Assembly: GCF_009914755.1 (NCBI RefSeq)
Contig: NC_060932.1
DNA from: the human T2T-CHM13v2.0 reference genome, Homo sapiens
Direction: 5' to 3' (one strand)
DNA: 64,000 bases
Positions 29,814 through 45,420 of this stretch are shown here, piece after piece. Numbering within the stretch: the first letter of the stretch is position 1; every line of letters starts with the position of its first letter. The position numbers and the translations under genes were made by a program. The notes beneath the pieces are model-generated. The model did no database searches. It worked only from the letters and a program-made list of their open reading frames with translations, and was not told the origin of the DNA.

Positions 29814-30199
29814 CAGGGTTCCCAAACCCTGGACCATGGACCCATGCCAATCTGTGGCCTGTTAGGAACAGACCCGCACAGCAGAAGGTGAGCAGAGGGT
29901 GAGTGAGCAAAGATGCATGAGTATTTGCAGCTGCTTCCCATTGTTCACGTTATCACCTGAGCTCCAGCTCCTGTCAGATCAGCGGCGGCATTAGATTCTC
30001 ATAGAAGTGGGAACTTACTGTGAACTGCATATGCAAGCGATGTAGGTTGTGTACTCCTTATGAGAATCTAGCTAATGCCTGATGATCCGAGGTGGAACAG
30101 TTTCATCCCCAAACCATACCTCCTCACCCCCTAACCCTGGTCTGTGGAAAAATTGTGTCCATGAAACGGGTCCCTGGTGCCAAAAAGTTGGGGACCACA
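29814..30199 (+). mobile_element. MER1B/MER1A-type hAT-Charlie element inside provirus
   Basis: cagggttcccaaaccc...tgtggcctgttaggaac...gtcagatcagcggcggcattagattctcatag...ccctggtgccaaaaagttggggacc. Confidence 0.88.
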
Positions 30200-31049
30200 A
30201 ACCTAAAGTATGCAAGGGTTGTAGTCTTCATTATAGTCTCATTTAGTGAAAAACCAGAATGACCTTGCAGGATAGCAGGGACTACTGCGAACACTCACAA
30301 GTAGTCGATCCTATTGTAGCTTTTGTGCCAGATATGGCCTCCTGACTGGAGCATATTAGTTAAAATTCAGGTACATGGTATGCAGTCATTGGTTTTGAAA
30401 ACACATTTTCCTATACCTATCATAAAGGAGAACTACATGCTGTTCACATTCATATAGACAGTATATGTTTATAGTCTTTCCCTGGAGCTATGTTAACTCT
30501 TGCATTCTCTGTTATAGTATACTCTAAAGTGACCTGGGACACTCAAATATATTGCAAAACATCACGTGTCTACTATATTAAAGGCATCATGATACTGGGA
30601 CCAAACTTGCAATAAGTAAAAAATTTTTGAAGACTCTTGCACTTCCAAAGGTAAGAAAGAGATGCTACAAAGATTCTCAGACCTACTGCACCAGTGAAGT
30701 TTTTATCACTCCAGTCATGCTCAGTTCTGAGACATCCATTGCAATGTAGATGTCAAATTATTGCACCTCACAACTTTCATCATGAAGAAAGAAACACAAT
30801 GCCTGATAAACCACATTCGGCTCCCAGGTATCAGGGAATTCTGAGAATGCTACTCAGGCTAATTTTCTGAATGACATGAAAGACAATAAACTTTGAGTGT
30901 GGTCAAGTGTAGTCAAAGGTTTTGCAGCAGATCAAGGCTCTGATGCAAGCAGCTTTGCCACTGAATTATATGCCCCTGCATACACTGTGATAGCTACGGA
31001 TGGAAAAGATGTCATGTGTGACTTCTGGCAAGCCACAATAGGTGGCTAT

Positions 31050-31497
31050 TGGTCAGAACTGTGGTCATCTAAAGATTTTCCTGGGGTTTGAAAATTCACC
31101 TCAAATCTGTCTTCCATGGTTTTTAGTGTAAAACACTTTCTCTCAAGCTGTTCAAATAAGGATCTCAGGTATTTTATTATTTTATTTTATTTTATTTTTG
31201 CCAGATGGGCCTCTCTGAAGGCTGAGTGTCATGAACACATGGGGGTTCATGTGTTTTATGAGTTCATGTGTTTTGTTATTTCAGAGCAAGTAGTTCAAGA
31301 GCAAGGAGCATGGACCCAAGACAGAAGCCAATGCCTTTTTAGAACTCAATATCAAAAATTATGCCCCACCATATTCTATTCATTTATTCATCAAACGTCA
31401 TTAAGAGCAGCCCACATTCAAGAGGAGAGAATTATATCAGGATGTGACATCAAGAGACAGGGATTGTCGAGGGCCATCTTATAGGCTGCTCACCACT
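31050..31497 (-). mobile_element. MLT1F/G-like MaLR LTR (partial) inside provirus
   Basis: tgggcctctctgaaggctgagtgtc...acagaagccaatgcctttt...agcccacattcaagaggag...gggccatcttataggctgctcaccac. Confidence 0.7.
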
Positions 31498-32217
31498 GGA
31501 GCTGTGTCCTCAGTAGGTAGAATACACAGGAAAAATAAACCAAAAGGTAGAAATAGGAGTGGTCCTACTTATCATCCCCCTTGTGATCCACTTCAGAGGA
31601 TTTGTGCTTTTCTGTTTCTACAACACTAGGCTCTGTGGAGCGAAAGGTCTGGATTTCTTTAGGAAGATTGCTCCCATCAGGCAATTGTACAAGAATATCT
31701 TCAAACCTTAATCCATAGCTATTTTCTGGACATTGTGGGCTTCTTGCTCCCACAGAGCTGTAGGCAAGTGACAGTGTCATCAACATGGCCAAGGTAATTG
31801 ACTCTGATTATCAGGGCTATTGTTCCACAGTGGTGTGGGAGTGAGAGAATATATTTATCACTGAGGTGACCCACCGGTGTGCATCTTGAACTGTGGCCCA
31901 GTTTTAATGATCGACAAGTACTAAAGCTACAGCCAAAGGAGAACATGATCAATAGTTCAGAGCCTTCAGGAAAAGGGTGTATGTTACCTCTACATGTATG
32001 CCATGTAAAATGGCACAGCTGCTATCTGAGGGTAAGGGGTACCTAGAATAAATAGTAAAGAAAGGACAGGATGCGACTATTTGGGCTACAGCTCATCCCA
32101 CTAGCCTTTCTTTTGAAAGTTTTCACAGGAAAGGAGACTAACATGATCCTGCAGGATATCTGGTGAAGTGGCCTTATTTTATAAAGAAAGTAGAAGTAAG
32201 TGGTGCAAGAGATAGAC

Positions 32218-32981
<764 letters not shown>

Positions 32982-34261
32982 GGTTAAAATTTTATGGTTT
33001 TTTTAAATGTATTAAAATGAAACATCTTTAGAGCATTGCATTTTCCATGTCTATTCATCCTTCATTCAACAGAGTAACCCACCCAATAGACAACTGGGAA
33101 ACATTTGTTCAATAAATGCGTGTTTTTGTTGTTCTTAGTTTTTTTTTTTTTTAAGAGAGACTTCATGTCATTTATCAACCCCTTGGGTTATAGTCCCTTT
33201 GCTAATGTCCTGGAACCTAAGAAAGCAACACTTTTCAAAACAGAAACATATAAAAGCAAAATATTACATATGTACTCAAGGAGTAAATTGAACCACTTAA
33301 GCTTATCTTCGGTCCAACTAGAAGCCCTTTGATTCCAGGTTACTTAAAGATGATTCCAAAAGTTGTGACCAATGAAATAATGGTACAAAGATAAGGGGCA
33401 GAAGCAGTGGACAAGACACGGAAGGGAATAGAGCAGATATGATGAGATGCTTGCTGCTTCTGAGAGGCTCAGTGCAGCCTCTTTTTGTAGTAGTATTTGC
33501 AAATGTGCCTGGCAAAAATATCATTTTAAAACTCAGAGCACTATGGTCAAGACCTAGCTAAAATCTTCACAGGGGAAGACTTCAAATCTACATTTTAATA
33601 ATATCTGGTGAATGTTATCATCAAGCATGTTGGCAACAACTGTTTTTGAAGAAGTCATGCTTAACGGCTGCCAATGAGATACTAAGAAGGAGGGAAAATA
33701 CAACATCAGGGCAGTCTTGGGAGGCAAAGCCAGATGGTCTTTATGGAGAAGTCTATGCTCATACATATGAAGAAAAGAAACAAAAGTTACTCCATGAGAA
33801 GTCTGGACAGGACACAAGAAGGCATAAGAAAGCCTGTGCTTTGTGAGGCTAGGAGAGTCGGGTCCTCTCTCTGAGTCTCATTTCAGTAGCCTCAAGGATG
33901 TTCTTGCAGTCATGGTTTCCTAAATGTTCTTTCATGTCCAAGTTTTTGTGATCCTCTCTTGAATGTCATTTTTTTCTAGGGATTTAAAGGTCAGTATTGA
34001 AGAAAGGACCTGGCTATTCACTGATTGTCGTTTCAAATCCTTAAGAGTTGTTTCTCTTTTCTTTAAAATGAATTTAATATACCTATATGACACAGGTTTT
34101 ATACTAATAGGTAACACTTAACTACCACTTGTGTGTACTAGGCCCTGCACTAAGGGCTTTACATATTACAACTCACTTAATGCTCACAAGAACTCCTGAG
34201 TTAAATACTTTTCTTTTTTTTTTTTTTGTCATTTTACAGGTAAGCAAACGATGTCTTAGAA

Positions 34262-34745
34262 CAGCAGTCCATGATCTTTTTGGCATCAGGAACCAGTTTC
34301 ATGGAAGATAATTTTTCCACTAATGGGTTAGGTGGCATGGTTTTGGAATGATTTAAGCACATTTCGTTTATTGTGCACTTTAGTTCTGTTATTATTGCAT
34401 TACAATAAATAATGAAATAATTATACAACTCGCCATTATGTAGAATTGGTAGAAGCCCTGAGCTTGTTTTCCTGGAACTAGATGGTTCCATTTGGGGGTA
34501 ATGGGAGACAGTGACAGATCATCGGGCATTAGATTCTCATAAGGAGTGCGCAACCTAGATCCCTCACCACGTGCAGTTCACAATAGGGTTCAGGCTACTA
34601 TGAGACTCTAATGCTCCCACCAATCTAACAGTAGGTGGAGCTCAGTGATGGGGAGCAGCTGTAAATACCCATAGAGCTTTGCTTGCTTGCCCGCCACTCA
34701 CTTCCACTGTGCAACACAGTTCCTAACAGGCCACGGGGCGGTACC
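34262..34745 (-). mobile_element. MER1A hAT-Charlie element (one end truncated), inserted in a MIR
   Basis: cagcagtccatgatctttttggcatcaggaaccagtttcatggaagataatttttccac...ggcattagattctcataaggagtgcgcaacctagatccctc...ttcctaacaggccacgg. Confidence 0.9.
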
Positions 34746-37700
34746 ACAATAAATCATTTATTTCCATGATAAATCATGATAAAAGTTCTTGTCATTGCAC
34801 ATACACTAAGCTAGGCACCTTATATATTTTAACTTGCTTCATGTTCATGCCTACATGTAACTGGAGTATCATTTATAATTTTTTTAGAGATCAACAAGTG
34901 ATACTAAAAAATGAGACTACATAAGTTCTCACAATTGAAACTAGAATTTGAAAACATGTCTTAAAAACCCCAAAGCCCATGTGAATTCTGCTATACCAAC
35001 TTCTATAACATGAGATATGCAGTTTAGATCTGTCCAATTCCTGATACATTGCAGGACTCAGTAATCATTCATTTTTGCCTCTCTCCTGTATCAACCCCCA
35101 ATAGCAGACTCCGATCTACTGAGAAACTCTTGGCTGATATTTGAGACAATGTGTGGAAATGAGGTATGCAGGATCTCAATTATGTATGGGTTTAGGGGTA
35201 CATGGCAATTTAGGGCATGTTTTACTTTGGATAATTGTGAAGGTTGATTTTATTTTTTGCATTAATTACAGAATGTCATTTAGTTTTGGACCTATTCAGA
35301 AGCAGCATATAGTCAAGGAATAAGACCCAAATCTATCGATACGTTTGGGTAAATACTCTTCATATAGTACACAGGGCAGAATTTTTGTAATTGAAAAGTG
35401 ATTGTAATAGAGAATAAGTGGATTTTTCTGCTCTTCCAACCCCTTCAATTGACATTTATCAATTGTGCATGTTTCTACATGGCACATTTAGAATCTGTAA
35501 ATCATCCTTGCCCTCCAAAATATATATTTTTGTTGTTGTTCTCGATTAACAGGCATTTTCTTATCTCTAAATTAATATTGTCTTGTTAAATTTGTCCATA
35601 GATTACATTCACCCTTCAGGCCCCACTAGCCTATCAAAAATGTTTCCCTTTATCTGACCCTAGGAAGCATTTTACCTGTGGCAATTTCTTCCTGGGAAAT
35701 CTACTCATGATATCAAAATATTGTGGCTGTAACTATAGCTCACAAAAAACCAGAAAAATGAATGTGACCTTTTATTGGCACAGCTTTCTCTGTTTGTCCT
35801 TTCTTTCTTCCCATATGTAATTACCGTTAGAGCCCTGTGCACATAGATGCTGGGCATGTTGGCAATTAACTTTTGTCAAAAGCTACCCCTAGAAATAATA
35901 TATAAATGAGCCAAATTTTTAATTCAACAGGATAGTAAATAGTAGTTAGTTTCATACTGCTTATGGCAGAGTGAAGTGGAAATAACATGGAATTTAACAT
36001 GGAATTGAACAAATGTAATATTAAATTCTAGTGTGATTTAAGGAGAAAAAGTATACCTTTTGAGAAGTAAAATGTCTCATTATACAAAGTCTTCTAAGCT
36101 TGTGTTTAGATAACAATTGGTCTAGATTTGCATAGTTGGATAGGTTTAATACTCCAACTATGTTTACTGTTGTTACCTGAGAGCATGATCCAATTTGAAA
36201 GGTACATCTTTGTGGAAATACCTCCTTCTTAGGGACCTAGTACCCAATCCTCAGCTTAAAGATTTTCTGTTTTGTGAGTACATCTTTCTGATATATTACA
36301 TCATAAATATTGATCTGCCAACATTGACTGTGTTGTAAAGCTAATATGATACATTGTTAAATAAAGTTATCAGGTAGAGTAGCATAGTAACTCTACAATA
36401 GTCAGACAGGGAGAAATATTGGCAGTGATTAAACATGCAATTGCTTTCATGAAAAAAAAATGGTTTCATGCATGGACTTCTGCCTGAGAGTACCACTTCT
36501 TGTAGCCTTACCATTAAAAACAAGCAAAGAGAATAACTTAACATTAACTAATATTGACTTCAAGGGGAGTGCTATTTCTCAAAAACAGAAAGTTCAAAGC
36601 CTAGTGTCACACAGCTTAAAAATTAGTGCTGACAGGCCCAGATGTCTATGTCTACATTGCATGTTCTCCTGCAGGAAATATCCGTGGAAATCATCACCAA
36701 AACAGTATCATTTCTACATCCACTTGGACTGTGTGCTTTTAATAAACAGTGCATCTGTTTAGAAGGGTAAAGTGATAATAAGATGTATTTTAATGACATA
36801 CAAATTATACTTTTTCATAGTTTCATTTTAGAACCATAGCCAATACATCATTTAGATTCCTGCTTCATAAAAAGAAAAAAAAGCCACATGTAAAAGTCTC
36901 CCTCAATTTCTCTTCTCTTTTCTACTATATCATCACTTATTATTCCCATCTGTCTCTCTCAGAGGGAAGACGTGTCTGATGAGAGTCAGTGTAGCAGAAG
37001 TCTATGAACTTGAGGACAAACAGGTCTGATTCTCATCTTGGCATTTCTCTTTATAAGCTGAATTAATTTTGATTTGTTATCCAAGTTGGTGAACCTTATT
37101 TTCCTCATCTTTCAACTAAGGATAAATATATGACAGTGTAAAGACACTTAGATATGTGTCTTTGAAAACCACTTGCCATATATATAAAGGACTCAGTCAT
37201 GGTAGGAGTAGTAATGCTGATGATTACATTAGGAGAGATGGCTGTCCAATTAACAGGTTCATTTAGAAGCAAGTCTCCAAATTGCATAACTAAGCATAAC
37301 TAAGCATATTTCACTGAACCTATGAAATGTCAGTATGACCATATTATACTGACATTTATTATTCTTATGTCTTAGATATTCTGTCTTAGATGCTTTGGGA
37401 TTTCAAAGTATCCATTATTCCTTCCCTTCCTGTGACTTTTGCTTGTTTCTTCCTCTTAACTTTCAAACATTCTACACTCTTTACGTTACTTTCAGCTGGT
37501 ACCTTATCTCAATTCCTGCTAACAACAAAGTCTTTGAAAAAGGTGCCTCTGCTTGCTGCCTTTAAAAACAAAATCAGGTTTACATTTGTTTGCGCCAAGA
37601 GATATCGTTGCTTTCCAAATACCAACCACTTGTCTATAACTTCAAAATGTATATATTCATGCTCCCACCTCTACTAATCTCTGGCAAATCCTTTCTAATT

Positions 37701-37961
37701 AACTATCTAGATTAGCAATTAACAATTAACAAATGGATGTCCCCTAGGCACTTCCAACTCACCATGACCTACAAAATAAGCTATTATCTTTGAGGATGAT
37801 CCCTAACATATCTGTCATCCAAACAATTACTCCTCAACCCCTCAACCTCTCCTCTTTTCTCAGCCTCAAAATTGTGGTCAAACACATTAAATATATTTCT
37901 ACTTGCAGAATGTCTATAATGTCTCCCCTTTCCTTTTCATCTGTAGAGGTGTTGCCTCCTT

Positions 37962-38440
37962 TTCTTTTTTTAAATTGTAGTTTCAAAGGGTACATATACT
38001 GGTTTGTTACATGGATGTATTGTGTAATGCCAAAGTTTGGGCTTCTGTTTAAACTCTCACCGAAATCGTGAGCATAATACCCAAAGGGTAGTTTTTCAAC
38101 CCTCGTCCTCCTTCTTCCCTCCCCTCTTTTGGAGTCCCCAGTGTCTATTGTTTCTATCTTTATATCTATGCATACTCATTGTTTAGCTCCCACATATAAG
38201 TGAGAACATGCAGTATTGGATTTTCTGTTTCTGCATTAATTCACTTAGGATAATGGCCTCTAGCTGCATCCATGTTGCTACAAAGAACATAATTTCATTC
38301 TTTCCATGACTGCATAGTATTCCATGGTGTATATATACCACATTTTCTTTATGAAGCCCCCAGTTGCTGAACACTTAGGTTGATTTCATGCCTTTATTTT
38401 CTTGAATAGTGTGCAATAAAAATACCTGCATGCATATGTT
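37962..38440 (-). mobile_element. L1PA16/17-like 3' fragment
   Basis: Antisense 3' UTR (ttttggagtccccagtgtctattg). ORF 38183-38374(-) encodes the ORF2p C-terminus (ATWMQLEAIILSELMQKQK...CMFSLICGS). Confidence 0.9.
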
Positions 38441-41400
38441 TGCCCCCTCTTCCACCTTTGTGTTTTTGTTCAGTCTCCTCTCTGTTGTTATCTTCTTGCT
38501 AAAATCACAAATCTTACAATTTGAAAATATCTCTTTCTTCTTAGCAATCCGTACTCTCAAAGCAACATAGCATACTTATTTTTGTCTATATTTTTTCATT
38601 TTTTTCTACAGCACATAGTTCTTTAATATTACAAACATATTTAATTACTATTATATATTTTAAATAGTTTGGGGTCAAAATGTTTGTTCAAAATTTCTCT
38701 TGTTCCTGAACAATTGCACAAGTACAATTGTAAACAAAACATCAATTATGATTAAATTGAGCATTTGTAACAAATAGTAAAAAACAACTTTAAATAGTCA
38801 CTATATGTCCTTTTAAACCAATTTCAATGTGATTTGGCCCATGGATAAAAGCTGCAGAGCTAGGGGGTTATATTAAATGGAATTTCTGATCCATATACTC
38901 CTATCTCTTTGTTATTTTGTTTTTGTTTATTCATATTTATCTCTAGTATGCCACAATAATGTTCATCTAGCCAAAAACACATTAAATATATGCTGCAAAT
39001 ATTTATTTGGGGAGTTAAAGTTCTATGATTTCCCAGTGGGGTACATGGAGAATCCAAAGAGCAAGCAAATTTGGTTGTGAAGAAATATCATAATTTTGGA
39101 ATTCTCTTAGAGCTGAGGGACAGGCGAGAATATCAGGCTTACAAAGGTCCCAAAACATGTTGCCAAGACGAAGAGCCAGCCCAGTTTGTACATGCAGGGA
39201 ACAAGGCAGCTACTCCCCAGAATATTCACAGACCTTCCTCTAGACTCTCTCCCTACCCCAGCCCCTACTTACTGCGTGAATTTTATTATTTTTTCCTCGA
39301 GTGCATTAGAGTGGTTGCAAAACATCTATTATTGTCTTGCTAAATATCTGCTGTATTCAAGTAAAAACAGGCAAACAAAAATATGTTAGCTTCGGTCTTA
39401 AATGGAAAGAGGCAGTTGTTAGGCTGCACAGAGCGATTTGTTGTTAGGATACTATCCAGCCTTTCATAATATAGCTTTTCTTTCTTGCATTCATTCATTC
39501 AAAATAATGTAATTAGCACCTTCTACGTTCCACCAACCGCACAGTCCAAAGTGTCAATTTACAGAAAAACAGACTCTAGGCATAGGTTATATAAAGTGTA
39601 CAATATGATAAAAGAGAAAGAAACAGCATTGCAGGCCTTTCTACTTGGGATTATATATTTGTCTACTTATTTGAATAAAGTCTGCCTCCCCCACTGGACA
39701 TTAAGTCCATGAAAAAGGGGTTTTGTCTCTATTTTATTCATCTTCTTGCCTGTTAAACAGCACAGTGTCTGAAATATAGATGTTTAAAATATTTGGTACA
39801 TAAATCATTAATAACTAATTTAGCCAATAATTTTTTTAGCTATTAATTAAAAAAAAATCCTCTAAGTGAAATTACCTAATGTAGTTATTGCTTTAACAGA
39901 TAGTTACCCAATACTTTACTTATTTGAAAATTGGTAACCAGACACTCCTGACTCAGATAATAATATTATTTTCAGGTTCCAGTAAGCACTGATCCTCTTC
40001 AGTCAGTCAATTAGCTTATCTAATTCTGCCATAGGATCCTGGATTTATCCTTAGAATAAATATGCCACCACACTGTCTTGTAACTAGAAATAGTATAAAA
40101 GGTGTCTGTACAGGATATGCATCTTGGATCTTTCCTAGGATGACATGACCCCATGAGAAGGTATCACCTAACAGCTTCATTGGCAGATATAGGTCAAGTT
40201 TATAGCCCTTAGGAGAGCTGGGAGACTGTGCCACATGGGTAAGCAGAGATATGGCCAGTCATCCTCTCAGACCCAGGTAAATGTCCTCTACCACATTTGT
40301 TGCTAGGAGACAAATAATAAAAAGTGCTCTCATCCACATCTGGTAGCAATTTTTAAATGGAAATAACAATAAGAAGAATAATGATAATAATGATAATACC
40401 TAAATCAGATAGATGTGTAAGAGATTGTAAAATCATAATTTCTACAATTTCCAAGCCATTTAGTTCCCTGGCTGGATGGAACAAAAATGCAAAAGCATAT
40501 TCAAATATTGTTAAACATAACACCTATTTATATTATTAATATCATATTGTATAAAATAAAATAGCAACTAAAAATTTATGCAGAGAAAATTCTTTCAAAA
40601 ATCACATTTGATTATGACCAGAATGTTATCTCACCCAACCATTTCTCCATGACTGAATCTATTCTGATCTCCCAAGAGACTATTTATTCTTTGCGGGAAT
40701 CTCAACAGGAAGGCATACTATTCATTTCAACTGACAGTTCTCCAAATACTGTAAAAACAGAAACAAAAAAACCCAAAACCGAAACCAAACCAAACCAAAA
40801 TAAACCTATAGGGTGGCTTCAGAACTCATATTCTTACCTCATACTCTGATTGCTTATCTGTTAATAAGAAAAGCAATCTATTGGAAGTTCAGAAGAAAAG
40901 AATGTCAAGCTTCTAAGAGTATTTATTATTAATGAACCCCCTGGATAAATTCACCAAATGCACTGTGGCAGATTTTAAATGGTAGAGAGAAATATAAGTA
41001 AGTGGGCAACAAAGTGAAAATAAAGGTGAGATATTTAAAAGCAGTGGCAAATCCAGAGGTACGAGAGATAGTCAAAGGAAAGATGCTGTGGGTTGACACC
41101 ATGGGAAAATGCAAGGGCATAAACTTGAGAAGCTTCTTGTTGTTAAAAAAGTCTTCCCAATGGGCATACAAAGAATCCCCACAACATGTGCACACACAAA
41201 TACACATGCACACTCTTCCAAATCAAATCAAAGAGCACGTACTATTCCTATCTCTTTCACTGTGTCGGAAACAGTTGTCCACCTCTAGAGGTACTGCCAC
41301 TACAGCATTCAAAAGATGAATCTTGACATCTTCATACTGGATGAATTGGAAGCTCATGTATATTAAAATATCATGAAACTGTGCACCCCCATGGTTTTAT

Positions 41401-42714
41401 GTAAAGCATTCTATTTTCTGGGTATCCACCGGTTGGGTACCATTGCTGAAATTTTCCTCTGTGTGATTTTAGCTACCTGGTCATAGCTACACATGGCTTT
41501 CACAAGACTCACTCTGCAGTTATAATATTTTGTCATGTTTTATTACTGAAGGGATAGAAGAAGATTGTAGAACTGCAATATACAGCCCTTGGGTTCAGTG
41601 AGGATGAGCATGTTACACTTTGCAGCTTATGAACCTTAAGGACCTTCTGGTAAAGTGTGGGTACAAGCTTCATGTTGGTTCTCTAGCCCAACGCTTGCAT
41701 ACCATGATTGCATCCCACCATGGCAGGACAATTGAACTTGGCATGTAAACCCTAATGTTGATTCTGGTTCTATGATGTATGTGTTTCAGTCACTGAACAT
41801 GAAATCTCAGTTTCATCTTTTGATCAAAGAGGGAGAACAAAATTCTTACCTCAAAAGAATGTTATAAGAGTTGAATTATTTACTAGTTGTAAAACATCTT
41901 TTAATTGTTTGATAGGTAAGATATTATTATTCATACTATAGTTCTTTCTAGATTCTTGTCATGATGATAAGCTTTGCTAGCCCACATATTTTAGGTAAGA
42001 ACTAGAAAAATTGAGTCACTTAGCCATTGTCATTAATCATGTCTTCAGACACTCAACATAGATCTTAGAATTAGGTTTTCCATCTAAAGAGGAAAAAATA
42101 GTAACTATTATTCTCATAACTTTATTTTATTAAAACAATTGGGTATTTATGTATTTAACAAATGTTGATCAAGTACCTGTTCTATCCAATTACCTGTATT
42201 AGATTTTACATAAATGTGTATGTGCACATGCATACACATATGTATAAATATGTGTGTACATAAGACATAAATATTTGATTTATGTATATTTAATATATGC
42301 ATATTTATGGGTATATGTAAACCCAAAAAGGAGTGTGTGTGTGTTTGTGTGTATTATTTGATATAGGGACCTCAAGACAGCAAATGTTCAATAACAATTG
42401 TTATTTTCTCCCCATGGTTTGAGAAGATTTAATGCTTCTGGAGCTTAAAGCCACGTTAGTTTTTGTGAGATAGGGTTACAATAAAGTCTCCTATAAATAC
42501 AGAGATGTCAAAAAAAAGTGACTGGTCACAAATTTACCTCCTTGTGGAGATGGGGGATAGTATGAAGACGTATTCTGTACACCAAAAATAACACATCTAA
42601 ATACACAGAGGCAAAAAACATGTAACACTTTTTTTTTTTTAGTTTACACTGAGATATTTAGCAAAGTTGAGCATGTTTGCTTCGGTTAAATGTTGAAAAA
42701 GGAGCAAAACTCTT

Positions 42715-43125
42715 AGTTCTATATCAGCAAATGCAATATTACAGTGGCTTAACTCCTGTATAAACATTAGGAGCTCAGAAGCCCTGGGCTGCTGTGACAG
42801 CTTTGCAGTCATCACGGATGGGGGTTCTTTGTACTTTTCTTTTTTAAGCATCAATTTGTATTTCAAAATTACTGCTGGAAATCCAGTCATCTCCATATTA
42901 CAGGAAGGGGGAAAAGAGCAGAAGGGCATGAGCTGACTCCTTTTTGAATAAGCTGCTTTTGAGGGGGCTTCCAGGTTGCCCCTGGAATTATAGTCAGCCT
43001 ATATTTAATAGAACACACCTTACTGAAAGGCAGGAGTACGTCTATTTTAACTGGGTGTATTGTTACCCGGATAAAACTATGAATCTGTCATTAAGGACAA
43101 TAAAAGTTGTTTAGGCAGTTAAAAG
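42715..43125 (-). mobile_element. MLT1K/J-like MaLR LTR (degenerate)
   Basis: caaaattactgctggaaatccagtcatc...caggaagggggaaaagagcagaagggc...ttttaactgggtgtattgttacccggataaaac...ttaaggacaa. Confidence 0.55.
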
Positions 43126-43959
43126 TTTTGAAAAAAAAAAAAACCTTCAGGGATGACGTTGTTTCTAATGGTCACCTACTATAGATGTTTTATGGTCAAA
43201 GTTAGAATCATTGACCTATGACGTTTCATCTAGTCTCCACACTGAAAATAAGAAATATCTTCATCATTAGAAAGATTAGAAATCTAAATTTTGGAGGTGT
43301 TTAAATAGTTGTCCAAGATCACATCAGGAGCAAATGACAGCATCAATTTTTAACCTAGATCTTCCTGAAACCAAACCCTCATCCTACCACATAACACAGT
43401 CTTGGTAAATTAAGGCAGGAAAGACCCTCTGTTCCCATGAAAGGGGCAATACCTTTCAAAATTGTTGCATAAGTAATAATTTAGATACTCTGTTTTGTCT
43501 GATAAGTTATTGAATAATTTCATAAGAGGATAATAATGTATGTCTCCATTAAATAAACTTTGGGGTAATTATAATTTTACTTATAAGCTACTTAACTCAT
43601 GTTCACTGGAGCATACTTTTCCTAAATTGCCACTGCATATTTTTATGATATTAATTCTGAATATTTTGGTAGTCATGAGGGCTTCAGATTTTCTCAAGAA
43701 AGCTGGAGTAATGGCTGTACTGGCACCTTTCAGAGCGTCTGGGTACTAAGGTGCCGTAGTAAACAATGTAAAAATGGACACCTCCTTTAGCCTGTGGCTA
43801 GTGTCACCCAAATTTGCAGATACCACCTCTTTCCTAGGACAAGGTTTAATTTCATAGAAACAAAACCATCTTTTCTCTTTCTTGGAAGTATTTGCAAGAC
43901 CTGGGTCTCTGTTTCCTGCTTCTTATACTCTAAGATACCCTAATTATAACCCATAAAAA

Positions 43960-45420
43960 TACAAGGGCTGTCCCCTCCATAAGGAAGGCAAAGCTTCTCA
44001 CCTATGCTTTGGAGTTCTTTCTCTTTCATCTTTCTCAAACTCCGTTGACATTCTCTTCTCTCTCTGTTATATTTAGTTCTTCCCTTTAACTTCCGCTTCT
44101 TTCAACTAGCTATTACACACATAAATCTTTCCAATTTGAACACAAGCACCTAAAAAGGTTTTATTGACCTCATGTACACCTCCAGCTAGGACTTCCCTCT
44201 TCCATTTCACAGTCCACTGTTATTTTAAATAGGTGCCTCTAACCTCATACTCCATTTCTTCCCCTCCCAGTCTGACTCCAATAGGAATTCCTCCCCATTA
44301 CTCAGATAATAGCTCTGCCAAGGTTGCTAATGACTGGTGTGTCCTTACTTCTTCAACCAAAATCATTTGGTCCTCACATTTCTTGAGCCCTAAGCAAGAC
44401 TTAACCCAACTGATCACTTCCTCCTTTGAAACACTTTATTTTCCTCTGCTTCCATCTTATCCTACTGTTCTGATTTTTCTCCTAAGTCTCAAGCTACTTC
44501 TGTTTGTCTCACTCTAACCCTTCTCTAACAGCTTATTATTTATTGCTGCCTCTGCAAGCTCAATCATAGGCCCTGTCCTTCTCAGGATAACTCTATCCAC
44601 AACCACAGCCTTAATTGGCCTCTGTGCACAGGTGGAGCCCACATTTATAAGTCGAGCAGCTATTTCCTTCCTGTGCTTTCCTTAATTGTCTGGAAGTCAC
44701 GTAAAATTCAAGATATCTAAGAACAAACTCAACATTGTTCATTCTCAAATTGGTCCTCTTCCAGTAATTAAGGAATGCTACCTCCATTTACTCAGATACA
44801 TTAGTGTTTCTCCTTTTCACCTCTCATCAGAATTAAAAAACTAATTGTTTTATTAAGTTCACCTCAATATATCCCATCTTTTTTTTTCCCGCACTAGACC
44901 ACATTGGTCTACATTATCATTTTCTCTCATGTGGACGCCTGCAGTCTTCTCCTAATTGAACTACTCACATTCCCTACTCTATTTTCAAGGCCTCTCTCCT
45001 CCTCACCCTTACCCTATTTCCATCTGTTCTCTGTAATACAGCCAAGAGAATTAATCTCATCACAAACCCACACACTGACAATGGCTCCACACTGCTCTGA
45101 AGATCAAAACCAAAATGCTGAACATGGCTGCGACTCTCTACTTTCCCTGACCCTCGCTTCTCTTGCACCATCTGACACCATCTTCCTATGCCCACTGGGT
45201 GTATTTCAGTTTCAGACATTCTGAATTTATGCTGCAGGGTCCCTTCTACTGCAAAGCTACTGCGACACAGGAGTTCTTCTCCTTTCGGTGTCCTCTTTTC
45301 TAGTCCAAGTCCAACTTCACCTCATTTATGGACTCTGCCTTGACCTGAATTCAAGACCTTTGTTAAATCGAAGAAGTTTTTCCTACCCTCTACACTAAGT
45401 CAGATCTCATTGTTATACAA
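43960..45420 (+). mobile_element. L2 LINE (RT region to near 3' end)
   Basis: Pyrimidine-rich L2 phrases: agctctgccaaggttgctaatgac, ctgatcacttcctcctttgaaacact, caatggctccacactgctctgaagatcaaaacc. Confidence 0.7.
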
